Shown one piece after another: positions 7,659 to 15,621 of a DNA stretch of 36,655 nucleotides; position 1 is the stretch's first letter, and each line of letters starts with the position of its first letter. Source of the DNA: a bacterium (GTDB lineage Bacteria; Patescibacteriota; Minisyncoccia; Minisyncoccales; JAUYFS01). Position numbers and translations under genes: made by a program. The stretch is from the NCBI GenBank assembly GCA_030689665.1, contig JAUYFS010000033.1:1-36655 (forward strand), written 5' to 3'. The notes beneath the pieces are model-generated. The model worked only from the letters and a program-made list of their open reading frames with translations. It did not search any database and was not told the origin of the DNA.

Positions 7659-7714
7659 TAAAAGCGCAAAACACAAAACATGAAACATGAAGCATGAAAC
7701 ATGAAGCACAAACT
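7659..7714 (+). repeat. Degenerate 7-bp tandem repeat
   Basis: TAAAAGC GCAAAAC ACAAAAC ATGAAAC ATGAAGC ATGAAAC ATGAAGC ACAAACT. Confidence 0.8.
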
Positions 7715-7722
7715 CAAAAATC

Positions 7723-7775
7723 TCCCGCCACATATATTTTATTTTAGTAGGCGGGATCCCCGATAAAATCGGGAA
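7723..7775. repeat. Family D tandem palindrome pair
   Basis: TCCCGCCAC...TAGGCGGGA joined to TCCCCGAT-AAA-ATCGGGAA at a GGGATCCC junction. Confidence 0.8.
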
Positions 7776-7825
7776 AAACGCAAAAGTCAAAAGTACAAAC
7801 CAAGGGGCAAAATTGTATTAAAAAA

Positions 7826-8527
7826 ATGGAAACAAAAGTATTATACGAAGACAATCACATAATTGCGGTTTATAAACCTTCCGGGGTTTTGACGCAGGGC
7901 GATAAGAGCGGAAAAAGGTGTTTAATGGATGCGGTCAAGGAATATCTCAAAGAAAAATACCAAAAGCCGGGAAATGTGTTTTTAGGATTGGTTCATAGGT
8001 TGGATAAGCCGGTGTCCGGCATTGTTTTGTTTGGGAAAACAAGCAAGGGTTCGGCAAGGTTATCAGAACAATTCAGAAATCACTCAATAAAAAAAGTTTA
8101 TCACGGAATTGTGATGGGAAAATTGAAAGAGCAAAAAGGGGAGATAAAAGAAAAAGTTAAAAAGATTGCTTTTTTTGCCAAGGGACTTGTTGATAAAGAT
8201 GAAAAAGAACTTTTGGAAGAAATAAAAAAAGCAACCAAAACAAGGACAGCGGAATTGTCTTATGAAGTTTTGGATTCAAATGACAAATATTCATTGGTAA
8301 AAATAATGCCAAAAACAGGAAGATTCCACCAAATAAGGATACAAATGGCGAATTTGGGAAATCCGGTTGTGGGGGATGTGAAATACGGAGCGCCTTTTCC
8401 ATTGAAAGACAGGTCCATTGCTTTATCGGCAAATTCAATAAGTTTTAAACTGGCGACAAAAGACGAGACAAAAACAATTTCCATTCCGCCAGTTTTTGAT
8501 TTGAAAAACATTGAAGGGAAAATATGA
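7826..8527 (+). CDS. RluA-family RNA pseudouridine synthase
   Basis: KPSG, VHRLDKPVSG (catalytic Asp), TGRFHQIR, GDVKYG. Confidence 0.93.
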   Translation: METKVLYEDNHIIAVYKPSGVLTQGDKSGKRCLMDAVKEYLKEKYQKPGNVFLGLVHRLDKPVSGIVLFGKTSKGSARLSEQFRNHSIKKVYHGIVMGKLKEQKGEIKEKVKKIAFFAKGLVDKDEKELLEEIKKATKTRTAELSYEVLDSNDKYSLVKIMPKTGRFHQIRIQMANLGNPVVGDVKYGAPFPLKDRSIALSANSISFKLATKDETKTISIPPVFDLKNIEGKI

Positions 8528-8536
8528 AAAATTTTT

Positions 8537-9013
8537 ATGAAAATTATTGATGAAAAGTTTGAAAAAGTAAAACAAATAGCCAAATTAGATTATAACAAAA
8601 TTAAAAAAGTAAAATGTCCTTTTTTGCAGGATTATGTTTATTTTAATAAAGATGGTTTTGACCACTTATTATTTAAAACTTGGAACAGAAGCAGGTCTCA
8701 ATTAGAACAATACTCAAGACTAAGGCTTTTATCTCTAGTTCCTGAAATTATCGCTAAATCACATACTTTACAAGAATATGATGAACGAAAAATTTTTGTA
8801 AGACAAAAAATTAATTCTCGTTGGGAGCAAAGAATGAAAATGGTTCGTTATTATGTTTTTGTTGCAGTTGTTAAGACCGTAAGATTAAAAATAATCGTTA
8901 AAGAAATTGAGGGCGGCGAGAAGTTTTTCTATAGCTTGTATCCCTCTTGGAAAAAAGACAAAAAAGACCCCAAAAAGAAAATATTTTATTCTGGTAATCT
9001 AGAAGAGGATTAA
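8537..9013 (+). CDS. Hypothetical basic protein, possibly a BECR/RelE-like RNase fold
   Basis: Clean 158-aa ORF; YFNKDGFDHL, Arg-rich helix, C-terminal beta-strand run (YYVFVAVV, RLKIIVKE, FFYSLYP). The fold is inferred from pattern memory, not alignment. Confidence 0.6.
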   Translation: MKIIDEKFEKVKQIAKLDYNKIKKVKCPFLQDYVYFNKDGFDHLLFKTWNRSRSQLEQYSRLRLLSLVPEIIAKSHTLQEYDERKIFVRQKINSRWEQRMKMVRYYVFVAVVKTVRLKIIVKEIEGGEKFFYSLYPSWKKDKKDPKKKIFYSGNLEED

Positions 9014-9015
9014 AT

Positions 9016-9077
9016 AAAAAAGCACCCGTCTGCAGTTTATGTATTGACCGCGGGAGGGCCAAAGCCCTCACAGGTGC
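9016..9077 (-). ncRNA. Candidate ~60-nt three-way-junction small RNA
   Basis: Minus strand: GCACCUGU/ACGGGUGC closing stem, GAGGGC-UUUG-GCCCUC, GCGGU-N10-ACUGC, then U6; two G-U wobbles exist only on the minus strand. Confidence 0.7.
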
Positions 9078-9083
9078 ATTATT

Positions 9084-9112
9084 AAAATAACAAAATTTTA
9101 TATAGGTGTCAA
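9084..9112 (-). promoter_or_regulatory. Putative sigma70 promoter of the small RNA
   Basis: Minus strand TTGACA(9112-9107)-N17-TATTTT(9089-9084) with extended -10 TG; 6 nt separate it from the first paired base. Confidence 0.65.
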
Positions 9113-9156
9113 TGGCTACCTGTGGAAAATTAAAATCATTTTTAATATCTTAAAAC

Positions 9157-9185
9157 TTGCCCAAAATCGTTCTCTGAGATAAAAT
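9157..9185 (+). promoter_or_regulatory. Putative promoter of the kor operon
   Basis: TTGCCC-N17-TAAAAT. Confidence 0.5.
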
Positions 9186-9210
9186 AAAATATTACTTCAT
9201 TTTTTAGTTT

Positions 9211-10890
9211 ATGAAAGATTTTTCTTTTTTAATCGGCGGAAAAGCTGGCGACGGAATCAAACAAGCCGGGCATTTTTTAGCCCAGCTCTTTAATGAATTG
9301 GGATATAATATTTTTATTTACGAGGATTATCAGTCGCTGATAACTGGCGGACACAATTTTTCAATTGTCAGGGCCAGCGACAAAAGAATTTTAAGCCACA
9401 AGCAAAAAGTTGATTTTGCCATTGTTTTTAATAAAGACACCCTGGAAAAAAATCAGGAAAATTTCAAAAAAGAGACAATTATAATTTATGATTCTGATGT
9501 TATCCAAAGCAATGATTTGCCGAAAAAATACAAGGCAGTCGCTTTTCCAATGTCCAATGTTTTAAAAGAAAGCAATTTGCCGCTGATAGTGAGAAACGCG
9601 GTTTCTCTGGGAATTTTAGCAGGGATTTTGAAAATAGATTTTGAATTGGTTAAAAAAATCATTGAAAATTCAGTTCATAAAAAAATAGAAGAAAACATAA
9701 AAGTGGCTGAAATCGGATATAAAGAAGGTCTTGAACATAAAAACGGATTTGAAATTGAAAAACTCAAAAACGAACCTAGAAAAATTTTAACAGGCAATGA
9801 AGCAATTGCGCTTGGCGCGGTGCGGGCAGGAATGAAATTTTATTTTGCTTATCCAATGACGCCAGCTTCAGGCATTTTGCATTTTTTGGCTGCTAATGAA
9901 GATAAATTCGGAGTTAAAGCCATTCATCCTGAAAACGAAATCGCGGTTGCTTTAATGGCAGAAGGAGCGGCAACAGCAGGAAAAAGAGCAATGGTTGGCA
10001 CGTCGGGCGGAGGTTTCGCGCTAATGGTTGAAGCGCTAAGTTTGGCAGGCCAGGCGGAAATTCCAATTGTTTTTGTTTTGTCCCAAAGGCCAGGACCTGC
10101 GACCGGAATTCCGACTTACACTTCGCAGGCAGACCTTTTGTTTTCTTTATTTGCGGGCCACGGAGAATTCCTGAAAATTGTCGTTGCTCCTGGCGATGTT
10201 GACGAGGCAATGTTTTTAACGGCAATGGCAATGAATTTATCTTGGAAATACCAAACGCCAGCAATTATTTTAAGCGATAAACACCTAAGCGAAAGCGTTT
10301 TCAGCGCTTATTATGATGAAAATAAAATAAAAATAGAGCAGCCAAAATTATGGAGCGGCAAAGGAGATTATAAAAGATATTCTGACGAAAAAGACGGAAT
10401 TTCTTCCTTAGCTTTTTTGGGCGACAAAAACGCGATTGTGAAAGCGACAAGCTATGAACACAATGAATTCGGAATCACAACAGAAAACTCCGAAGAAGCC
10501 AAAAAAATGGCTGAAAAAAGATTAAGAAAAAAAATAACGCTGCTCAAAGAATTAAAAGGCGAAAAAACAATAAATGTTTTGGGAAACAAGAAAAGCAAAA
10601 ATGTTTTAATTGTCTGGGGTTCAACAAAAGGAGCTGCTGTTGAAGCGGCGGAAAACTTGGGAATCAAAGTTATCCAGCCAATGTTTATTGAGCCGTTTCC
10701 GGCTGATGAAATTAAAAAAGAATTAAAAGGAGCGAAAAAAATCATTGATATTGAAACAAACGCCACAGGGCAAATGGCATATATTCTTAAAGCCAACGGA
10801 ATTGAGGTTGATGAAAAGATTTTAAAATATGACGGCAGGCCGTTTATAATTGAAAAGCTGGAAGAAAAAATTAAAAAAATAATAAAATGA
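9211..10890 (+). CDS. korA: 2-oxoacid:ferredoxin oxidoreductase alpha subunit (gamma-alpha fusion)
   Basis: GGKAGDGI, TGNEAIALGA, AYPMTPAS, ENEIA, TSGGGF, QRPGPATGIPT. Confidence 0.92.
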   Translation: MKDFSFLIGGKAGDGIKQAGHFLAQLFNELGYNIFIYEDYQSLITGGHNFSIVRASDKRILSHKQKVDFAIVFNKDTLEKNQENFKKETIIIYDSDVIQSNDLPKKYKAVAFPMSNVLKESNLPLIVRNAVSLGILAGILKIDFELVKKIIENSVHKKIEENIKVAEIGYKEGLEHKNGFEIEKLKNEPRKILTGNEAIALGAVRAGMKFYFAYPMTPASGILHFLAANEDKFGVKAIHPENEIAVALMAEGAATAGKRAMVGTSGGGFALMVEALSLAGQAEIPIVFVLSQRPGPATGIPTYTSQADLLFSLFAGHGEFLKIVVAPGDVDEAMFLTAMAMNLSWKYQTPAIILSDKHLSESVFSAYYDENKIKIEQPKLWSGKGDYKRYSDEKDGISSLAFLGDKNAIVKATSYEHNEFGITTENSEEAKKMAEKRLRKKITLLKELKGEKTINVLGNKKSKNVLIVWGSTKGAAVEAAENLGIKVIQPMFIEPFPADEIKKELKGAKKIIDIETNATGQMAYILKANGIEVDEKILKYDGRPFIIEKLEEKIKKIIK

Positions 10891-11681
10891 GCAGGGAAAT
10901 GGATACAAAAATTGAAAAAACCTGGTGTCCGGGATGCGCTAATTTTACAATTGAAGCTGTTTTCAAAAATACTCTTTTGGAATTGGAAAAAGAGGGTTTG
11001 GATTTAAGCAAGGTTGTTGTTTTGAGCGGAATCGGCTGCCACGGGAAAATTTCCGATTATTTGAATTTAAGCAGTTTTTATTCTTTGCACGGAAGGGCAA
11101 TTCCTGTTGCGGAAGGAATAAAACTGGCAAACAAAGATTTAATTCCCATTGTTTTTGTCGGCGATGGCGATGCTTATGGAGAGGGTTTGGAACACTTGAT
11201 TTTTGCCGCTAAAAGAAATACCAATATAAATGTTTTTGTTCATAACAACAGAGTTTACGGACTGACAACAGGACAATTTGCGCCAACTTCGCCGGAAAAA
11301 TTCAAAGGAAGGTCAACTCCCAAGGGTTCTGTTGAAGAGCCGCTCAACCCGATTGAATTGATGCTGGCAAGCAAGGCGAGTTTTGTGGCGCGGGGCTATA
11401 CCGGCAAAGCGGAGCATTTGAAAGATTTGATGAAACAAGCCCTGCATCACAGGGGATTTAGTTTTATTGACATACTCCAGCCCTGTTTGGCTTATTTTGA
11501 CAGCCGGGATTTTTACGGAAAAAATGTTTATGAAATGGAAGCTCAAGATGTTTCTAATTTTAATTCAGCTATGGCAAAAGCATTGGAGTGGGATTATAAT
11601 AACGGGGGCAAAATTCCGGTCGGGGTTTTTTACAACCAAAAAAAATTAACTTTTGAAGAAAAAATATGTTTGACAAACTAA
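10887..11681 (+). CDS. korB: 2-oxoacid:ferredoxin oxidoreductase beta subunit (TPP-binding)
   Basis: WCPGC, SGIGC, HGRA, GDGD...NN, YGLTTGQ, QPC. Confidence 0.92.
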   Translation: MSREMDTKIEKTWCPGCANFTIEAVFKNTLLELEKEGLDLSKVVVLSGIGCHGKISDYLNLSSFYSLHGRAIPVAEGIKLANKDLIPIVFVGDGDAYGEGLEHLIFAAKRNTNINVFVHNNRVYGLTTGQFAPTSPEKFKGRSTPKGSVEEPLNPIELMLASKASFVARGYTGKAEHLKDLMKQALHHRGFSFIDILQPCLAYFDSRDFYGKNVYEMEAQDVSNFNSAMAKALEWDYNNGGKIPVGVFYNQKKLTFEEKICLTN

Positions 11682-11905
11682 GGGATTTGAAAAAGATAAA
11701 AGACATTCAGGATTCTTTTAAAAAAGAAAGGTTTGACGCGGAAAAAGACGGAGTAAAAATATCAATGAACGGAAATTTTGAGGTTGAAGAAATTATTTTA
11801 AACCCCGATTTTAATAACGAAAAAAATCAAGAAGCTTTAAAACAAAATTTCAACGATTTGGTAAAACAGGTCCAAATGAATTTAGCCAAACAATTTTTTA
11901 AATAA
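11666..11905 (+). CDS. YbaB/EbfC family nucleoid-associated protein
   Basis: 79 aa; MFDKLRDLKK..., VKISMNGNFEVEEIIL pattern. Confidence 0.8.
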   Translation: MFDKLRDLKKIKDIQDSFKKERFDAEKDGVKISMNGNFEVEEIILNPDFNNEKNQEALKQNFNDLVKQVQMNLAKQFFK

Positions 11906-11929
11906 AAAATAAGAAAAATTTTTATTTTT

Positions 11930-12385
11930 ATGGCTAAATATTTTACAAAAAAGGGTTTGGAAAAATTGGAAAAAGAGCTGGACTTCTTGAAAAAAAATAA
12001 AAGAAAAGAAATTTCTGAAAGAATCAGGCAGGCCGCTTCTTTCGGCGACTTAAAAGAAAATGCGGCTTATGACGACGCCAAGGACTCACAGGCCTTTTTA
12101 GAGGGCAGAATTTCGGAACTGGAAGAAGCGATAAGAAGCGCGATGATTGTTGAAGAATCGGAAAAGACAGACAAAGTTCAAATCAGTTCAACTATAAAAG
12201 TTAGTTCTGACGACGGCGAGGAAAAATACCAAATTGTTTTGCAAGAAGAGGTAAATGTTATGGAAGGAAAAATTTCTTACCAATCGCCGTTAGGCAGTTC
12301 GTTTCTTGGCAAGAAAATCGGGGAAACAGTGAAAATAGAAACTCCAAGCGGCGAAAAAATTTATAAAATCGTTGAAATTAGTTAA
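11930..12385 (+). CDS. greA: Transcription elongation factor GreA
   Basis: GDLKENAAYDDAK, EGRI, ISYQSPLG. Confidence 0.93.
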   Translation: MAKYFTKKGLEKLEKELDFLKKNKRKEISERIRQAASFGDLKENAAYDDAKDSQAFLEGRISELEEAIRSAMIVEESEKTDKVQISSTIKVSSDDGEEKYQIVLQEEVNVMEGKISYQSPLGSSFLGKKIGETVKIETPSGEKIYKIVEIS

Positions 12386-12386
12386 T

Positions 12387-13067
12387 ATGGTTTTTAAAGA
12401 AAAACAAGAGCAACCTGATTATTTAGTCGGTTCAGTTGATTTTCTCGGCTCTAAAATAGATTTATCTCAAAAACCCTTTATCCCAAGGTCTGAAACCGAG
12501 TTTTGGGTGGAAAAATCGCTGGACAAACTGCAGGATATTAAAAAAGACAAAATTTATTGCTTGGATTTGTTTTCTGGTTCTGGTTGCATAGGGATAAGCG
12601 TTTTGAAAAAAATCAAAAACAGCTGTTGCGATTTTGGAGAAGTTGATAAAAATTTTTTGAAGCAAATTGAAATAAACTTAGCTGGGAATAAAATCAGCGG
12701 CGAAAGGAGAAAGATTATTAAAACAAATATTTTTTCTGGTGTAAAAAAGAAATATGATTGCATTTTTGCCAATCCTCCGTATGTTGCGGAAAACAGGATT
12801 GACGAGGTTGAGGAATCGGTGAAAATGTATGAGCCAAACAAGGCCCTATTTGCCGGGGAAGACGGAATGTTTTTTATAAGAAAATTTTTGAAAGAATTTG
12901 AAAATTATCTTAACGATGAAGGAATGGTTTTTATGGAATTTGACCCAGACCAAAAAAAAGAAATTGAGGACTTGCTAAAAGCAAAAAAAGGAATCAAATT
13001 TGAATTTTGGGAAGATCAATTTAAAAAATTCAGGACGGTTTTTATCAAAAAACAAGCGCAAAATTAA
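12387..13067 (+). CDS. prmC: HemK/PrmC-family SAM methyltransferase, N-terminally short
   Basis: FIPRSETE, DLFSGSGCIG, NPPY, EPNKALFAGEDG; ATG 12387 directly after the greA stop is preferred over TTG 12372. Confidence 0.8.
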   Translation: MVFKEKQEQPDYLVGSVDFLGSKIDLSQKPFIPRSETEFWVEKSLDKLQDIKKDKIYCLDLFSGSGCIGISVLKKIKNSCCDFGEVDKNFLKQIEINLAGNKISGERRKIIKTNIFSGVKKKYDCIFANPPYVAENRIDEVEESVKMYEPNKALFAGEDGMFFIRKFLKEFENYLNDEGMVFMEFDPDQKKEIEDLLKAKKGIKFEFWEDQFKKFRTVFIKKQAQN

Positions 13068-13106
13068 CCCTCCAAAATTTTTCTGCGAAAAACTTGGGAG
13101 GGTAAA
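13067..13106. repeat. Family A element, short form (A3)
   Basis: ACCCTCCAAAATTTTTC-TGC-GAAAAACTTGGGAGGGT (13067-13103, 37 bp). Confidence 0.9.
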
Positions 13107-13111
13107 AACTT

Positions 13112-13399
13112 ATGGACAAAAATCTCGGGCAAACCCACATTTTTGTTTTTGGAAGGGTTCAAGGAGTTTTTTTTAGAGATGCAGCCAAAAGACAGGCGCA
13201 AAAATTAGGGCTGTTTGGCTGGGTTAGAAATTTGAATGACGGAAGCGTTGAGATTTTGGCAGAAGGTAAAAAAGAAGCTCTGGAAAAAATGATAAACTGG
13301 GTAAAACAAGGGCCTATATTGGCAAAAGTTGAGAAAATAAAGACAGAGCAAGGAAATTTTTCCGGGCAATTTAAAAAATTTGAAATTAGATTTAACTAA
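13112..13399 (+). CDS. acyP: Acylphosphatase
   Basis: GRVQGVFFR, GWVRNLNDGSVE. Confidence 0.93.
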   Translation: MDKNLGQTHIFVFGRVQGVFFRDAAKRQAQKLGLFGWVRNLNDGSVEILAEGKKEALEKMINWVKQGPILAKVEKIKTEQGNFSGQFKKFEIRFN

Positions 13400-14232
13400 T
13401 GAATTTTTTAAAATTGAGTTTATTTTCTATTTTTATTGTTATTGGTTTTGTTTCTTTTCTTTTTCAAACAGGAAAAGTTCAAACTGGAAAAATAAATTTC
13501 CTCCTTTTTGGCGATAATTTAGAAAAAATAACCGCGGTTTTAGACGGCGATACTGTTGTTTTGGAAAACGGAAAAGAGATTAGGTATTTGGGAATAAACA
13601 CAACAGAAAAAGAGCAGCCGTATACTGAAGAAGCGGCTGATTTTAATAGAAACTTGGTTTTAGGGAAAATGGTTCGCTTGGAATTAGATGTTGAAAACGA
13701 GGACAGATACGGAAGATTGCTTGCCTATGTTTGGAAAAACGGAGAATTGATTAATCAAAAAATAATTGAAAGCGGTTTGGCTATTAGTGTTGGGACTCAG
13801 CCAGACACAAAATACCAATACTTGTTTGACCAAGCCCAAGAAACGGCAAAAAATAATTGTTTGGGAATTTGGGAGGGTTTGTGCGAAAAAGAAAGGTGCG
13901 TGAAAATCGCAAATGTAGAGAAAAACTATCAAGGCAGGGAGAAAAAAAACAAAAACAATGAGTGGATAGAATTAGAAAACTTTTGTGGCCGCAAAATTTC
14001 TTTGGATAAGTGGTTGTTGAAAGACAATTCCTCAAGCAATTTTTATATTTTTGGCGGAGTTGATTTATTGGCTAATGCTAAATTATTTTTATATTCTGGG
14101 TGCGGAAAAAATTCAGACAAAAAACTTTATTGGCAATGTCCCGAGAGAGAATATTCAGTTTGGAATAATTCAGGAGACCAAGCATTTTTATTTGATGAGA
14201 AAGGTTTGCTTGCCGATTATTTTGCTTATTAA
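13399..14232 (+). CDS. Membrane-anchored thermonuclease (SNase) fused to a lamin-tail-like domain
   Basis: N-terminal TM; DGDT, IRYLGINT, DRYGRLLAYV; C-terminal NEWIELEN..W.LKD..VWNNSGD..LFD. Confidence 0.88.
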   Translation: MNFLKLSLFSIFIVIGFVSFLFQTGKVQTGKINFLLFGDNLEKITAVLDGDTVVLENGKEIRYLGINTTEKEQPYTEEAADFNRNLVLGKMVRLELDVENEDRYGRLLAYVWKNGELINQKIIESGLAISVGTQPDTKYQYLFDQAQETAKNNCLGIWEGLCEKERCVKIANVEKNYQGREKKNKNNEWIELENFCGRKISLDKWLLKDNSSSNFYIFGGVDLLANAKLFLYSGCGKNSDKKLYWQCPEREYSVWNNSGDQAFLFDEKGLLADYFAY

Positions 14233-14260
14233 AGCGACTTTAATTGTAAGACTTCCCAGC

Positions 14261-14394
14261 ATTGTTTACAATTTCTAACCTAAACTTCCAAATAGCCATT
14301 TGCCCGAAAACACGCTATCAATTTCCCCAGCGAGGCCTGCGAGACGATTTTCTTGGCAAATGGCTATTTGGAAAGCTAGAAAGGTGTAAATAAT
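14261..14394. repeat. Long inverted repeat / hairpin
   Basis: Perfect 19-bp stem TTCCAAATAGCCATTTGCC (14286-14304 / 14355-14373) plus outer stems TTTCTA/TAGAAA and ATTGTTTACA/TGTAAATAAT. Confidence 0.85.
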
Positions 14395-14450
14395 ACGATG
14401 ATTTTTTACACTTTAATTTATGCCGTAAAAGTGGTATTTTAAATAAAAGA

Positions 14451-15617
14451 ATGCCTAAAAAAAATTATTATTTTGATTACGCGGCAACAACACCGATTGA
14501 CCCAAGGGTAATAAAAGCAATGTTCCCTTATTTTTCTGATAAATTTGGAAATCCATCGTCAATTCATAGCGTTGGAACAGAGTCATTGGTTGTTTTAAAA
14601 AAATGCAGAAAAATTTTAGCCGAAGCTTTGGGTGCTGCGGATGAAAATGAAGTAATTTTCACAAGTTCTGCCACAGAAAGCAATAACCTGGTCTTAAAAG
14701 GAATTGCTCTTGCCAATAAAAAAAAGGGCAATGAAATAATCATTTCTCCGATTGAACATGCCTGCGTTTTTAAAAGCGCCGAATGGCTTGAAGGACAAGG
14801 TTTTAAAATTAAATTTGCCAAGGTTGATAAATACGGATTAGTTGATATTGAAGATTTGGAGCAAAAAATAAATTCCAAGACAATTTTAGTTTCAATTATT
14901 CACGCCAACAATGAAATTGGAACAATTCAGGATTTGGAAAAAATCGGCAAGCTTTGCAGAAAAAAGGGAGTGTATTTTCATACAGACGCGGCTCAAAGTT
15001 TCGGCAAGGTTGCTATTGATGTTAATAAAATGAAAATTGACTTGCTGACAGTGTCAAGCCATAAAATGTACGGGCCCAAGGGCGTTGCTTGTTTGTATAT
15101 TAAAAAGGGCGTAAAAATAGAGCCGATTCTTCACGGTGGCGGACAAGAATTTGATTTGCGTTCCAGCACAATAAATGTGGCGGGCATTGTTGGCTTTGCG
15201 AAAGCGGTTGAAATTTGCGTCAAAGAAATGAAAAAAGAGAGCGCGAAAACAATAAAATTCAGGAATTACATTATCAATTTTGTCAAAAAAAACATAAAAG
15301 GCGCGCATTTGAACGGGCATCCGCAAAAAAGATTGCCCAACAATATAAATTTTTCTTTTGAGGGGATTGAAGGAGAATCGTTGCTAATGGAATTAGACAG
15401 AAGAGGAATAGCTATTTCCACAAGTTCTGCTTGTTCTTCCGCAAAATTAGAGCCGAGTAGAATCCTTCTGGCAATCGGCTTGGACCCCTTTTTAACCCAA
15501 AGCGCAATCAGGATTTCTTTGGGAAGAATGACAAATAAAAAAGAAATTAATTATTTATTAAAAGTATTGCCAGAATCAATCAGGAAATTAAGAAAAATGT
15601 CGCCGTTTTTCAAATAA
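14451..15617 (+). CDS. iscS: Cysteine desulfurase IscS/NifS
   Basis: YFDYAATTP, GNPSS, FTSSATESNN, HTDAAQ, SSHKMYGPKG (PLP Lys), SSACSS. Confidence 0.95.
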   Translation: MPKKNYYFDYAATTPIDPRVIKAMFPYFSDKFGNPSSIHSVGTESLVVLKKCRKILAEALGAADENEVIFTSSATESNNLVLKGIALANKKKGNEIIISPIEHACVFKSAEWLEGQGFKIKFAKVDKYGLVDIEDLEQKINSKTILVSIIHANNEIGTIQDLEKIGKLCRKKGVYFHTDAAQSFGKVAIDVNKMKIDLLTVSSHKMYGPKGVACLYIKKGVKIEPILHGGGQEFDLRSSTINVAGIVGFAKAVEICVKEMKKESAKTIKFRNYIINFVKKNIKGAHLNGHPQKRLPNNINFSFEGIEGESLLMELDRRGIAISTSSACSSAKLEPSRILLAIGLDPFLTQSAIRISLGRMTNKKEINYLLKVLPESIRKLRKMSPFFK

Positions 15618-15621
15618 AAAT

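Noticed and set aside
7507-7790. Minus-strand ORFs 7507-7695 and 7548-7790
   Set aside because: They are translations of the heptamer array and palindromes (HVSCF repeats)
9016-9077. Structure as a tRNA, or as a plain terminator for the + strand ORF
   Set aside because: Only two arms with no TPsiC or CCA signature; the U-tract, wobbles and promoter all lie on the minus strand
9121-9129. TGTGGAAAA as a DnaA box or origin signal
   Set aside because: Single mismatched copy with no cluster
14261-14394. SAM-I riboswitch or T-box upstream of iscS
   Set aside because: No SAM-I core with kink-turn and no T-box GGTGGNACCGCG motif found
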